Shown here piece by piece: positions 20,198 to 30,142 of a stretch of 64,000 nt of DNA. A program made the position numbers and the translations under genes. Below the pieces are notes generated by a model. It saw only the letters and a program-made list of their open reading frames with translations. It was not told the origin of the DNA and searched no databases. How positions within the stretch are numbered: position 1 is the stretch's first letter; every line of letters begins with the position of its first letter. Source of the DNA: Chloroflexota bacterium (lineage in GTDB: Bacteria; Chloroflexota; Dehalococcoidia; Dehalococcoidales; UBA5760). The DNA is taken from positions 44-64,043 of the forward strand of contig JADFUW010000001.1 of NCBI GenBank assembly GCA_015222205.1, given 5' to 3'.

Positions 20198-20463
20198 CCA
20201 TCAAAGCCAAGGACTTTGATCACATCGTAAATAAGTTTGGTTTACGGACTAGAAACAGTGGCGATCGGTTGGCTTGGTTCGAGTGTGAAGGAAGAATAGT
20301 AACCCGAACCCGACGCTCCAATAAAAAGGGAGGAGACCTTCCCTTCCAGCATAGCATACGTCAGCAATTAAAACTTAATGATAATGAATTTCGACGAGCT
20401 GCTGCATGTAATCTTGACCGCAACCAATATGTAGCAATACTAAAACAAAAGGGTGTCCTATAG
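20194..20463 (+). CDS. Small basic HicA-like putative toxin
   Basis: ATGA overlap with the upstream gene; KFGL...TRTRRS...SIRQQLKL pattern. Confidence 0.5.
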   Translation: MTIKAKDFDHIVNKFGLRTRNSGDRLAWFECEGRIVTRTRRSNKKGGDLPFQHSIRQQLKLNDNEFRRAAACNLDRNQYVAILKQKGVL

Positions 20464-20593
20464 GGTATCCTAATTACGTACGCCTCAAATTGTCCGCTGG
20501 GCTTGTCTTCTTATAACTACTGTAATATCATCTTGTGCTTGACACTCTACCTGCGTAATTGATAAAATAAGTAACTTGTTTGTGGAGAAGAAG

Positions 20594-20944
20594 ATGTACG
20601 CTATCATTGAAACTGGTGGCAAGCAATATAAAGTGGCCCCGGGCCAGACTATAGATGTGGAGCGGCTGGATGTGGCTGAGGGTAGTAGTGTTGACCTGGA
20701 TAGGGTATTATTTATTGCCGGGGATGGTAAGACAACAGTGGGTAATCCTACAGTTACCGGGGCGAAGGTAGTGGCGACATCACAGGGTGAGGGTAGGGGA
20801 AAAAAGATTATCGTCTTTAAGTATAAGCCCAAGGTGCGTTATAGTAAGAAGACGGGGCATCGTCAATCTTATACCCGGTTGACTATAGAAAAGATAGTTG
20901 AACCAAAGGCTAAGAAGGCTGAGCCGGTAGAGGCGGCTCGGTAG
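20594..20944 (+). CDS. rplU: 50S ribosomal protein L21
   Basis: [14 protein letters not shown]...GHRQSYT. Confidence 0.98.
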   Translation: MYAIIETGGKQYKVAPGQTIDVERLDVAEGSSVDLDRVLFIAGDGKTTVGNPTVTGAKVVATSQGEGRGKKIIVFKYKPKVRYSKKTGHRQSYTRLTIEKIVEPKAKKAEPVEAAR

Positions 20945-20968
20945 CTCAAAGTAGAGAGGTAGGGGCAA

Positions 20969-21223
20969 GTGGCACATAAAAAGGGCGGTGGCTCTACCCG
21001 CAACGGTCGGGATAGCAATGCCCAGCGGCTCGGTGTGAAGAGGTATGCGGGGCAGAGCGTGAATGCTGGGACTATTCTGGTTCGGCAGCGTGGTACACGT
21101 ATTCACCAGGGAAGTAATGTGGGTGTTGGTAAGGACTATACCCTCTTTGCCCTTATTGATGGTGTCGTTAAGTACGAGCCGGCCGGTAAGAATAAGAGGA
21201 AGGCTAGCGTTTACGCTATTTAA
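20969..21223 (+). CDS. rpmA: 50S ribosomal protein L27
   Basis: [24 protein letters not shown]. Confidence 0.99.
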   Translation: MAHKKGGGSTRNGRDSNAQRLGVKRYAGQSVNAGTILVRQRGTRIHQGSNVGVGKDYTLFALIDGVVKYEPAGKNKRKASVYAI

Positions 21224-21227
21224 GGGT

Positions 21228-21434
21228 ATGAAGGACAAGATTCACCCCAAGTATTATACTGATGCCCAGGTAATTTGTGCTTGTGGCAATACTTTTACTA
21301 CTGGCTCCACCCAGAAGATACTGAAGGTTGAGGTGTGCAGTAAGTGTCACCCATTTTTCACCGGAGAGCATAGGGTGGTAGATACCGCCGGGCAGGTGGA
21401 GCGGTTTAAGCGACGCTACAAGCTGGAAGGTTAA
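21228..21434 (+). CDS. rpmE: 50S ribosomal protein L31 (Zn-binding type)
   Basis: MKDKIHPKY...CACG...[10 protein letters not shown]. Confidence 0.97.
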   Translation: MKDKIHPKYYTDAQVICACGNTFTTGSTQKILKVEVCSKCHPFFTGEHRVVDTAGQVERFKRRYKLEG

Positions 21435-21458
21435 ATAGGCAAGTTGTAGTAGGGTCAG

Positions 21459-21486
21459 GAGCGGCTTTGCGGAGCTGCTCTTTTTG
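21459..21486 (+). terminator. Rho-independent terminator after rpmE
   Basis: gagcggct-ttgcgg-agctgctc followed by a T run. Confidence 0.7.
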
Positions 21487-21518
21487 TTTATCAAGTTGTT
21501 TATCAAGGGGTTCTTGTT

Positions 21519-22418
21519 GTGGTGAAGAAGTTTAATTATGGTGGTCAGGCGGTTATTGAGGGGGTGATGATGCGGGGACAGGCAGCGATGGTAACAGCGG
21601 TGCGCCGGTCTGATGGCGGAATGGCTATGGATACTCAGTTACTGCCGGCTATGGCTAATAGTAGAATGAGGAAAACCCCGTTCATTCGGGGTGTTGTTGC
21701 CTTGATTGAGGCTATGGTTTTGGGTGTTAAGTCCCTCCTCTACTCGGCTAATGTATCTATAGAGGAGGAGAAGGAGGAAAAGCTTTCGGGGAGGGCCGTT
21801 GGGGGAATAGTGGCTGGTTCAGTGGCTTTTGCTGTTGCTGTCTTCTTCATGGGGCCTCTTTTTCTCACCAGATTAATTGATGACTATATTGAGTCATCAA
21901 TCGTATTCCATTTGGTTGAGGGTTTTGTCCGGCTGGGTATTTTCGTTGCTTACCTCAAGCTACTAACCTTATCTACCAGCCTTAGGCGGATATTTGCTTA
22001 TCACGGTGCTGAGCACAAGGCGGTGAATGCCTATGAGGCCGGGGTTCCTCTAGAGGTGGGGGCGGTGAGGGAATATAGTACGGCTCATACGCGTTGTGGT
22101 ACCAGCTTTCTGTTTGTTGTCTTGATTATAGCTATCATCGTTTTTGCCCTTATTGGTCGGCCTTCACTATGGCTTATGGTGCTATCGCGAGTTATCCTCA
22201 TTCCGGTTATTGCTAGTCTGGGTTATGAGATTACTCAATTTGGTGCTAGGCATATTGAAAGTCGTTTAGTGAGGGCTTTTCTGGCTCCAGGACTTTGGTT
22301 GCAGAGACTGACGACCAGAGAGCCTGATGATAGCCAGCTTGAGGTTGCCCTATCGGCGTTAAGAAAGGCCGTGGAGATTGACCAGCTTGAAGAGGCGGAA
22401 CCAGCTGCCTCTGGGTGA
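21519..22418 (+). CDS. DUF1385 membrane protein
   Basis: GGQAVIEGVMMR, YHGAEHK, RCGTSF, LQRLTTREPD. Confidence 0.92.
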   Translation: MVKKFNYGGQAVIEGVMMRGQAAMVTAVRRSDGGMAMDTQLLPAMANSRMRKTPFIRGVVALIEAMVLGVKSLLYSANVSIEEEKEEKLSGRAVGGIVAGSVAFAVAVFFMGPLFLTRLIDDYIESSIVFHLVEGFVRLGIFVAYLKLLTLSTSLRRIFAYHGAEHKAVNAYEAGVPLEVGAVREYSTAHTRCGTSFLFVVLIIAIIVFALIGRPSLWLMVLSRVILIPVIASLGYEITQFGARHIESRLVRAFLAPGLWLQRLTTREPDDSQLEVALSALRKAVEIDQLEEAEPAASG

Positions 22419-22470
22419 CTGGTCTTCATATCTAGTGCGGTTATCTACTTAAATTGCTGGGAAGCAGGTT

Positions 22471-22788
22471 TTATAACTCGGTTATCTCTTGAAAAAAGCA
22501 GGTCTTATTGCCAGTGTGACATACCGGACCAGCAGGTTTACCTAGAATCAGAATAGTATCGCTATCGCAGTCCTTCCATACCGAGACTACTTTAATTATA
22601 TTGCCTGAAGTTTCACCCTTGTGCCATAGAGCCTTTCGGCTTCGGCTATAAAACCAGGCTTCGCCGCTGGATAGAGTTCGGCGCAGTGCCTCCTCGTTCA
22701 TGTAGGCTAGCATCAAGACAGCACCGGTATCAGCATCTTGGGCAATGGCCGGGATGAGTCCGTCTTTATTGAACTTTAGATTAGTTAT
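22471..22788 (-). CDS. hisI: Phosphoribosyl-AMP cyclohydrolase
   Basis: LKFNKDGLIPAIAQD...YSRSR..LWHKGETSG..DCDSD..CHTG..TCF; apparent ATA start at 22788. Confidence 0.93.
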   Translation of the reverse strand: MTNLKFNKDGLIPAIAQDADTGAVLMLAYMNEEALRRTLSSGEAWFYSRSRKALWHKGETSGNIIKVVSVWKDCDSDTILILGKPAGPVCHTGNKTCFFQEITEL

Positions 22789-22841
22789 CTACCTCACCCC
22801 CTTCATATTTCCCCTGATATGGCCGCTTTCCCCTATGTTAT

Positions 22842-23555
22842 CTAGCTAATAGTGGCTAGCGCCCGTTTTAGATTTATGTCACCGGTGTAGAGTGCCTTGC
22901 CGACTATAGCCCCCTCGGCACCAAGCTGCCCCAGCATTCTAAGATGGTCTAGTGATGAAATACCACCGGCGGCAATGATGGGTAATCTGATGGTATTAGC
23001 TAGGTTAGCAATAGCGGTAAAGTTAGGCTCGGTGAGGGTGCCATCGCGGCTAATGTCGGTATAGATGAAGCGCTTCACCCCGAGCCTAACCATTGATTCG
23101 GCAAACTCTATAGCCCTTAACTCTGTCTTCTGTTGCCAGCCGTGTATAGCGATATGTCCTTCCCAGGTATCAATGCCAACAATGATAGATTCGCTGAAGT
23201 TACGGCACGCTTCTTTAACCAGCGTCGGGTCTTTTACCGCGGATGTACCCAGGATTACGCGCTCTATGCCGGTTTTCAGGAGCTGTTGTATTGTCTTCAG
23301 GTGGCGGATGCCGCCGCCCACCTGGGTAGGAATTAATAGGGCACTGGCTATCTCGGTGATGATATCCAGGTTACAAAGCTCACCACTGGCGGCACCATCG
23401 AGGTCAACAATGTGTACTCTTGGTGCCCCCATTGATTGCCACTCCAAGGCTATTTCTAGCGGGTCATCAGAGAATATCGTTTCCTGGTCATAATCGCCCT
23501 GATAAAGGCGAACGCACTTACCTTTTCTAATGTCTATAGCTGGGATTATCTCTAT
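22842..23555 (-). CDS. hisA: ProFAR isomerase
   Basis: In-frame N-terminus EIIPAIDIRKGKCVRLYQGDY lies upstream of the ORF-track start; HIVDLDGA, QVGGGIR, TDISRDGTL; apparent ATA start. Confidence 0.95.
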   Translation of the reverse strand: MEIIPAIDIRKGKCVRLYQGDYDQETIFSDDPLEIALEWQSMGAPRVHIVDLDGAASGELCNLDIITEIASALLIPTQVGGGIRHLKTIQQLLKTGIERVILGTSAVKDPTLVKEACRNFSESIIVGIDTWEGHIAIHGWQQKTELRAIEFAESMVRLGVKRFIYTDISRDGTLTEPNFTAIANLANTIRLPIIAAGGISSLDHLRMLGQLGAEGAIVGKALYTGDINLKRALATIS

Positions 23556-23732
23556 TGTCGTTTTATCTCCCCTTTGGTTACGGGTTTTCTGCTGCTAGTG
23601 CTCATTATAATATCATTATTGTCAGGTTATTAACAATAATATCTTCTGGCTTATTTCTTGACTTGACTAATTTAGGTTGTTACACTAGTAATACTGCCTT
23701 AATGTCCATTACTGTCTTCTGTTCAGGGGCTT

Positions 23733-24302
23733 TTGTTGACAAAAGAAGAAATATCGCAGTGGCACCTGCCCTTAGAAGCTCGTAGCCGGGGTTTGGTTCA
23801 GGTCTTTACTGGCGATGGTAAGGGGAAGACCACCGCTGCACTGGGAACAGTAATCCGAGCCTTGGGTCAGGGTCAGAGGGTATATATCGTGTTCTTCATG
23901 AAGGGCAATTACCCCTACGGAGAGCGTAAAATTCTGGCTCAGTTACCCAATGTTGATATAGCTAGCTTTGGTAGTCTGGAATTTGTTGACCCGACTGATG
24001 TTAAGCCGGAGGCAAGAGAGCAGGCGCGGCTGGCTTTACTGGCAGCTCGTGAGGCGGTACTTAGCGGTAATTATGATATAGTGGTTCTGGATGAGGTTAA
24101 TGTGGCGGTGGCTTTTAGGCTAATCGAGCTGGGTGAAGTAGTTAAACTTATTAAAGATAGGCTACCCAATGTGGAGCTTATCCTTACCGGTCGTAAGGCT
24201 GCTCCTGAGCTGATTAAGCTGGCCGACCTGGTTACCGAGTGCGTGAAGATTAAGCATCCTTACGATAAAGGGATAGAGTCACGAAGGGGAATCGAGTATT
24301 AA
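23733..24302 (+). CDS. cobO: Cob(I)alamin adenosyltransferase (CobA/CobO/BtuR)
   Basis: VFTGDGKGKTTAALG, VLDEVN, ELILTGR, KHPYDKG. Confidence 0.93.
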   Translation: MLTKEEISQWHLPLEARSRGLVQVFTGDGKGKTTAALGTVIRALGQGQRVYIVFFMKGNYPYGERKILAQLPNVDIASFGSLEFVDPTDVKPEAREQARLALLAAREAVLSGNYDIVVLDEVNVAVAFRLIELGEVVKLIKDRLPNVELILTGRKAAPELIKLADLVTECVKIKHPYDKGIESRRGIEY

Positions 24303-24329
24303 AATGAATATCGTCAAAGGGGGCAAACG

Positions 24330-25427
24330 ATGAAGATTACATTGAGCGTCATTAAGGCTGATGTTGGTGGTTATGTCGGCCATTCCGAGTCTCACCCTGA
24401 TGTCTTGGCTAAGGCGAGGGAAGGTTTGGCTAAGGCTAAGCAGTCTGGGTTACTGATTGACTATCATGTCACCAAGTGTGGGGATGACCTGCAACTTATT
24501 ATGACTCACCAGCATGGGGAGGAGAACGAAAAAATACATAAGCTAGCCTGGGATACCTTTGTTGAGGGCACCGAGGTGGCTAAATCCTTAAAGCTTTATG
24601 GTGCCGGGCAGGATTTGCTGTCTGATGCCTTTTCGGGCAACATTAAGGGGATGGGCCCTGGGGTGGCGGAGATGGAGTTTGAGGAGCGGAAGTCGGAGCC
24701 GGTTATTATTTTTATGGCGGATAAGACCTCGTCTGGAGCCTGGAATATGCCGTTGTATAAGATGTTCGCCGACCCATTTAATACTATTGGGCTGGTTATT
24801 GCTCCCAATATGCACGTTGGCTTTACCTTTGAAGTACACGATGTTAAGGAGCACAAGAAGATAACCCTTAATGCCCCCGAGGAAATCTATGACCTCTTGA
24901 TTTTCATTGGTGCCCCGTCCCGCTATGCGGTAAAGGCGGTTTACAGTCGGGAAACCAGTGATATAGCGGCTGTGTCGTCAACTCAGCGTCTATCTTTAAT
25001 TGCCGGTCGGTATGTGGGTAAGGATGACCCGGTGTGTATTGTCCGCTCTCAAGGGACATTTCCAGCGGTAGGGGAGGTGCTGGAGCCATTTGCGTTGCCC
25101 CACCTGGTAGAGGGGTGGATGCGTGGTTCACACCATGGTCCCTTTATGCCGGTAGCTATACCGGACAGTATACCCAGTCGCTTTGACGGGCCGCCCAGGG
25201 TAACAGCGGCTGGTTTCCAGATTGCTGATGGTAGGTTGGTTGGGCCTCGGGATATGTTTGCTGACCTGTCATTTGATAGGGCTCGCCAGCAGGCCAACGA
25301 GATAGCTGAGTATATGCGTCGTCACGGTCCCTTTGAGCCGCACCGTCTGCCTTTAGAAGAGATGGAGTACACTACTATGCCTCAGGTGGCGAAGAAGCTA
25401 GAGGGCAGGTTTTCTGACCTTAAATAA
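24330..25427 (+). CDS. fbp: Bifunctional fructose-1,6-bisphosphate aldolase/phosphatase (class V)
   Basis: SVIKADVGG..GH, YGAGQDLL, GRYVGKDDPV, GWMRGSH.GP, EMEYTT. Confidence 0.96.
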   Translation: MKITLSVIKADVGGYVGHSESHPDVLAKAREGLAKAKQSGLLIDYHVTKCGDDLQLIMTHQHGEENEKIHKLAWDTFVEGTEVAKSLKLYGAGQDLLSDAFSGNIKGMGPGVAEMEFEERKSEPVIIFMADKTSSGAWNMPLYKMFADPFNTIGLVIAPNMHVGFTFEVHDVKEHKKITLNAPEEIYDLLIFIGAPSRYAVKAVYSRETSDIAAVSSTQRLSLIAGRYVGKDDPVCIVRSQGTFPAVGEVLEPFALPHLVEGWMRGSHHGPFMPVAIPDSIPSRFDGPPRVTAAGFQIADGRLVGPRDMFADLSFDRARQQANEIAEYMRRHGPFEPHRLPLEEMEYTTMPQVAKKLEGRFSDLK

Positions 25428-25500
25428 ATATTAAAATAGCTGGAAGAGCGTGGTGAGATTCATCACAGTATTGGGGAATATCTAAATGGGGGTGAGGCAA

Positions 25501-25782
25501 ATGGCAACCTATGTTATGCTTACTACATTAACTGACGAGGGAAGAAAGACGATAAAAGAAAATCCACAGAGAATCAAGGGGGTAAATAAGGAAGTTGAGG
25601 CCATGGGGGTCAAGATAGTCGCCCAGTATGCCCTATTAGGCCCGTATGACTTCGTTAACATCCTGGAGGCCCCGGACAACATCGCAGTATCCCGGGTGGC
25701 TATGGAACTGGGCTCACGAGGCACCCTCCAGACGATGAGTATGGCGGCTATGACTCTTGATGAATTTATTGGCAGCCTCTGA
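25501..25782 (+). CDS. GYD-domain protein
   Basis: YVMLTTLTDEG...YALLGPYDFVNILEAPD. Confidence 0.85.
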   Translation: MATYVMLTTLTDEGRKTIKENPQRIKGVNKEVEAMGVKIVAQYALLGPYDFVNILEAPDNIAVSRVAMELGSRGTLQTMSMAAMTLDEFIGSL

Positions 25783-25806
25783 GGTATTATCTGTTCTGGA
25801 GTTCCA

Positions 25807-26406
25807 TTGGTTAACAAATTGCTCTTGGCGACCAACAATGACGCTAAGGTGCGTGAGTATAGAAGGCTGCTTCAGTCTCTTCCCATTGAACTGGTTACCC
25901 TAGCCGAGCAGGGTATTACTACTGTAGTTAGTGAGGTGGGGGAGAGTTTGGAGGAGAATGCCCGATTAAAGGCAGTGGCTTTATCTGCCGAGAGCCGGCT
26001 GGTAGCGCTGGCTGATGATTCTGGGCTGGAGGTTGATGTGCTGGGTGGTGAACCGGGGTGCCTGTCGGCTCGGTATGCTGGGGAAGGGGCCGCAGATAAA
26101 GATAGGATTGATTATTTACTGGCTAGGCTAGGGGGTGTGCCCTGGGAGAAGCGTACCGCTCAGTTCCGGTGTGTTATTGCTATAGCTATGCCTGAGGGCA
26201 GGGTAGAGTTTTGTTCTGGTGAGTGCCAGGGGATTATAACCCTTGAGCCAAGGGGGGAAGAAGGGTTTGGCTATGATCCCGTCTTCTACCTCCCCGAGTT
26301 AGATAAGACGATGGCTGAATTATCTTTGGAGACCAAAAATAGGGTTAGCCACCGGGGGCAGGCAGCCAGAAAAGTGCCCCTGGTGCTGGCAAGGTTAGGG
26401 ATATGA
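25807..26406 (+). CDS. rdgB: dITP/XTP pyrophosphatase
   Basis: LLATNN.AK, ADDSGLEV, GFGYDPVF, KNRVSHRG. Confidence 0.95.
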   Translation: MVNKLLLATNNDAKVREYRRLLQSLPIELVTLAEQGITTVVSEVGESLEENARLKAVALSAESRLVALADDSGLEVDVLGGEPGCLSARYAGEGAADKDRIDYLLARLGGVPWEKRTAQFRCVIAIAMPEGRVEFCSGECQGIITLEPRGEEGFGYDPVFYLPELDKTMAELSLETKNRVSHRGQAARKVPLVLARLGI

Positions 26407-27389
26407 CCGGGCTTTGTGATTCTTTTCAGCGTCCGATAAACTATCTGCGCATCTCGGTAACTGACCGTTGCAATCTGCGCTGTATCTATTGCATGCCGGC
26501 GGCTGGTGTTTGCCGGATGTCTCATCAGGATATTCTCACCTATGAGGAAATCTATACCGTAGCTCAGGCGGCGGCTGAGTTAGGCATAAATAAGATTAGA
26601 CTCACTGGCGGTGAGCCCCTGGTGAGGTTGGGACTGGCTAAACTGGTGCAAATGCTTAAGCGGATAGATACTATAGATGATATTTCCTTGACGACCAACG
26701 GAATTTTACTTAGCCGTTATGTGGCTGAGCTAAAGCAGGCCGGCCTAAAGCGGGTTAATATAAGCCTGGATACACTTAAGCCGGAGAGATTCAGGCTTAT
26801 TACCCGTAGTAGCTATGGGCTTAACGATGTGCTGGCGGCTATTGATACCGCTAGGGCAGCCGGGCTCAGCCCGGTTAAGATTAATATGGTGGTTATGGCC
26901 GGTATTAACGATGATGAAATCATTGATTTTGCTAATAAGAGCCTTAGTGAAGAGTGGCATGTGCGCTTTATCGAGTTTATGCCCACGGCGGGGTTAAGTA
27001 ATGCCACCTTACATTTTGTCTCGGCAGATGACATAAGAAAAAGCCTGGAGCAATTAGGAGAACTGGAGCCATGTCTACCTGGTATCGGTAACGGGCCGGC
27101 CAGGTATTTTCGTTTTCCTGACGCCAGGGGGACTGTTGGTTTTATAACCCCGGTTAGTGAACATTTCTGCTTTCGTTGTAATCGCCTGCGACTTACCGCC
27201 GATGGTAAGCTCCGCCCCTGTTTACTGGCTGATGATGAAGTAGACCTAAAGCAGCCTCTGCGTAGCGGTATATCTAGAGATGGGTTGAAGAAGTTGATTA
27301 AGACAGCCGTTACCCAAAAACCACTGCAGCATCAACTGGCAGATGGGTATAGGCTTGAAGGTCGTCCCATGACTCAGGTGGGGGGATAG
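26403..27389 (+). CDS. moaA: GTP 3',8-cyclase (radical SAM)
   Basis: [32 protein letters not shown]-terminal GG. Confidence 0.97.
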   Translation: MTGLCDSFQRPINYLRISVTDRCNLRCIYCMPAAGVCRMSHQDILTYEEIYTVAQAAAELGINKIRLTGGEPLVRLGLAKLVQMLKRIDTIDDISLTTNGILLSRYVAELKQAGLKRVNISLDTLKPERFRLITRSSYGLNDVLAAIDTARAAGLSPVKINMVVMAGINDDEIIDFANKSLSEEWHVRFIEFMPTAGLSNATLHFVSADDIRKSLEQLGELEPCLPGIGNGPARYFRFPDARGTVGFITPVSEHFCFRCNRLRLTADGKLRPCLLADDEVDLKQPLRSGISRDGLKKLIKTAVTQKPLQHQLADGYRLEGRPMTQVGG

Positions 27390-27397
27390 TTATAGTT

Positions 27398-27874
27398 ATG
27401 GAAGAGCTAACCCACATAGATGCCGAGGGCCATCCCAAGATGGTAGATGTTACCGGCAAGCCGGATACCCAGCGTGAGGCGGTAGCCAGAGGTGTGGTCA
27501 GGATGCAGCCGGCTACTCTTGACCTGATAAAGAAGGGTGGGATGGCGAAGGGGGATGTTTTGACAGTAGCCCAGTTGGCTGGCATTATGGCGGCTAAAAA
27601 GACACCGCATCTAGTACCCCTGTGCCACCCGATTCTCATTGGCGACAGTAAGGTTGAGTTCAGCCTAGATGAAGCCAGTAATGCGGTGGAGATTACGGCT
27701 ACGGTAAAAAGTATCGGTAAGACTGGGGTGGAGATGGAGGCGCTCACGGCGGTGGCGATTACTGCTCTAACCATCTATGATATGTGTAAAGCAGTAGACC
27801 GGGGCATGAGGATTGAGAATATCCGTCTCGTCAGAAAGAGCGGTGGTAAGAGCGGGACGATAAGTCTTGAGTGA
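27398..27874 (+). CDS. moaC: Cyclic pyranopterin monophosphate synthase
   Basis: [33 protein letters not shown]. Confidence 0.97.
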   Translation: MEELTHIDAEGHPKMVDVTGKPDTQREAVARGVVRMQPATLDLIKKGGMAKGDVLTVAQLAGIMAAKKTPHLVPLCHPILIGDSKVEFSLDEASNAVEITATVKSIGKTGVEMEALTAVAITALTIYDMCKAVDRGMRIENIRLVRKSGGKSGTISLE

Positions 27875-28006
27875 AAAAATGGGTGGCTGAATTGGGGCGA
27901 AAACCCTTGAGTAAAAGGGGATGGCGAAGTCGGGGCGAAAACCTTGAGTAGCATTAATTATTAGTGTATACTACTCGGTTACAGGGATATATGTTGGGGG
28001 TGCATT

Positions 28007-29143
28007 ATGAAGTTGACATGTCTTCAGGAGAACCTAAGCCGGGGGCTTGGTGTGGTGGGCAGGGCGGTGGCTACCAGAACAACACTGCCGATAACCGGTA
28101 ATGTCCTTTTAGCTACCGACCAGTCTCGTCTCAGACTGGCGGCTACTAATCTGGAGATGGCTACTTCCTGCTGGATTGGTGCCAAGGTAGAGGAAGAAGG
28201 AGAGATTACTGTTCCGGCGCGGCTTCTCATTGAGTTTGTTAACTCCCTGCCCAGTGATAAGATTGACGTTAGCCTCTCTCCACGCACCAAGACTCTGGAG
28301 TTGAAGTGTGCCCGGTTTGAGGCGCGCATTAGCGGGGTTGATGCCAAGGATTTCCCGCCTATACCCAAGGTGGAGCCGGTTATTACTACCAGGGTTGAGG
28401 TAGAAGCCTTGCAGCGGGGAATCACGCAGGTTGTCTTTGCAGCGGCTACGGAGGAGTCTCGGCCGGTGCTTACCGGTATTGATGCTGATTTTGAGGGTGA
28501 TTTACTGACGCTAGCTGCGGCTGACGGCTTTAGGTTGGCCGTACATAAGCTACCGCTTGCCCTGTCAGTTAGCCAGAAGGCTAAGGTCATTATTCCAGCG
28601 CGGACTCTGGCTGAGCTAAATCGACTGATGGCTGACCAGAAGGAAGCTGTTGAGATAACAGTAGACCCCAATAAGAGCCAGGCTCTATTTCGCCTGAAGA
28701 ACATTGAGCTGGTATCTCAGCTGGTTCAGGGTACTTTTCCTAATTACGCTCAGCTCATCCCCCAGAGCTACAGCACACGGGCGGTAGTTGATGTGGCGGC
28801 ATTCTTAAGGGCAACTAAGACGGCGGCTATCTTTGCCCGTGATGGTAGTGGTATTGTTCGTCTGGTGGTAGCCCCCGGTAGTGGGGAGCTGACCCCGGGT
28901 AAGATAACTGTTTCCGCCCGCTCTGAAGAAGTGGGCGATGATGTTGGCGAGATTGATGCCGTTGTCGAGGGTGAAGAGGCAAAGATTGCCTTCAACGGTA
29001 AATATTTGACCGATGTCCTTGGGGTGCTTTCTGAGGCACAGGTAGCTCTAGAGATTACCAATCCGTCAAGCCCAGGCGTTATACGGCCGGTGGGCGTGGA
29101 TAACTATGTCCACGTGGTCATGCCGATGTTTGTGCAGTGGTAG
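28007..29143 (+). CDS. dnaN: DNA polymerase III beta sliding clamp
   Basis: ATNLE, ITVPARLL, SRPVLTG, AADGFRLA, VVMPM. Confidence 0.96.
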   Translation: MKLTCLQENLSRGLGVVGRAVATRTTLPITGNVLLATDQSRLRLAATNLEMATSCWIGAKVEEEGEITVPARLLIEFVNSLPSDKIDVSLSPRTKTLELKCARFEARISGVDAKDFPPIPKVEPVITTRVEVEALQRGITQVVFAAATEESRPVLTGIDADFEGDLLTLAAADGFRLAVHKLPLALSVSQKAKVIIPARTLAELNRLMADQKEAVEITVDPNKSQALFRLKNIELVSQLVQGTFPNYAQLIPQSYSTRAVVDVAAFLRATKTAAIFARDGSGIVRLVVAPGSGELTPGKITVSARSEEVGDDVGEIDAVVEGEEAKIAFNGKYLTDVLGVLSEAQVALEITNPSSPGVIRPVGVDNYVHVVMPMFVQW

Positions 29144-29220
29144 ATTGTCGATAAGGTGGAGGCAATTTGGTAATTATCGCTAGTGGGGTTGGATATCGTC
29201 TGTCGTAGCAACTAATCTTG

Positions 29221-30090
29221 TCAAACCCTGTGGCAGAAGGTATAGTCAATAAGCCCTCTACCGTTGTGAACAGCTACACTGGCTCCTTCCTCGGCAACGT
29301 AAAGCCAGTCGAACTGAAGCTCAGCGAGGAGCATATCCCTCAGTTTCTCCGCTCGGTCAGCAGCGCCTCTGGTATAGCCGATTAGAGCGTGGAGCTTGTC
29401 GCCGTTGCTTCGCTCTTTGGTTATTTCCACCAGCTTATCCATTATCTGAGCTACGGTTCTGGCTCTGGCTACCGGCTTTAGCATTCCATCTGTAGAGGCG
29501 TCGGCCTCGGTGATAGACCTGAAGCTACTGGCTGCCTCGGCTTCCGCCCAGGAGCGAGCCTCAAATATTCTACCCCCTTCGGCTTGATAGAAGAGGGTAT
29601 CTCGGGCATACAATGCGACTACTCCTGGTACAATGTGGTTAACCAGTTCCGTAACTTCATCTATGTTCTTGCCCTGCTCTGCTGTCCTGGCAGCTTCTAT
29701 GGCAAGGAGAGCAACTCCTGTCCCCATGGTGCGGGAATCAAACACCTCAATCCTTGTCCTGGGCAGCTTTTCCCTAGCCAGCTCCTTAGCCTGTAAGATA
29801 TTTTTATATTGGGGGCTAAACACTGAGGACATACAGATGTGCAGGATAGCCTCTGCTCCCTGACTAAGCCCGGTGAAAAACTGCAAGATTTCATCTATAT
29901 TAGTGGTTGAGGTCTTGGGCAGGTTTTCCCTGGTATCCAGTCGGGCATAGAGCTCATCCATATCTATCTCGGTATCCAAGTGCTGCTTGCCATCCACGAT
30001 AATAGGGCAGGGGATGAGAGTGAAACCATACTCCATGGCTGCTTCTGGAGTTAAGGAAACAGAGTCGGCACTAATCACTACTTTTCCCAT
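29221..30090 (-). CDS. DegV/FakB-family fatty-acid-binding protein
   Basis: VVISADS, PKTST, IEVFDSR, GGRI. Confidence 0.85.
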   Translation of the reverse strand: MGKVVISADSVSLTPEAAMEYGFTLIPCPIIVDGKQHLDTEIDMDELYARLDTRENLPKTSTTNIDEILQFFTGLSQGAEAILHICMSSVFSPQYKNILQAKELAREKLPRTRIEVFDSRTMGTGVALLAIEAARTAEQGKNIDEVTELVNHIVPGVVALYARDTLFYQAEGGRIFEARSWAEAEAASSFRSITEADASTDGMLKPVARARTVAQIMDKLVEITKERSNGDKLHALIGYTRGAADRAEKLRDMLLAELQFDWLYVAEEGASVAVHNGRGLIDYTFCHRV

Positions 30091-30142
30091 CGTTAAACCC
30101 CCTTAGAATATTTTTGTTTAGCTTGTGCTCGGTAGCTGGCTT

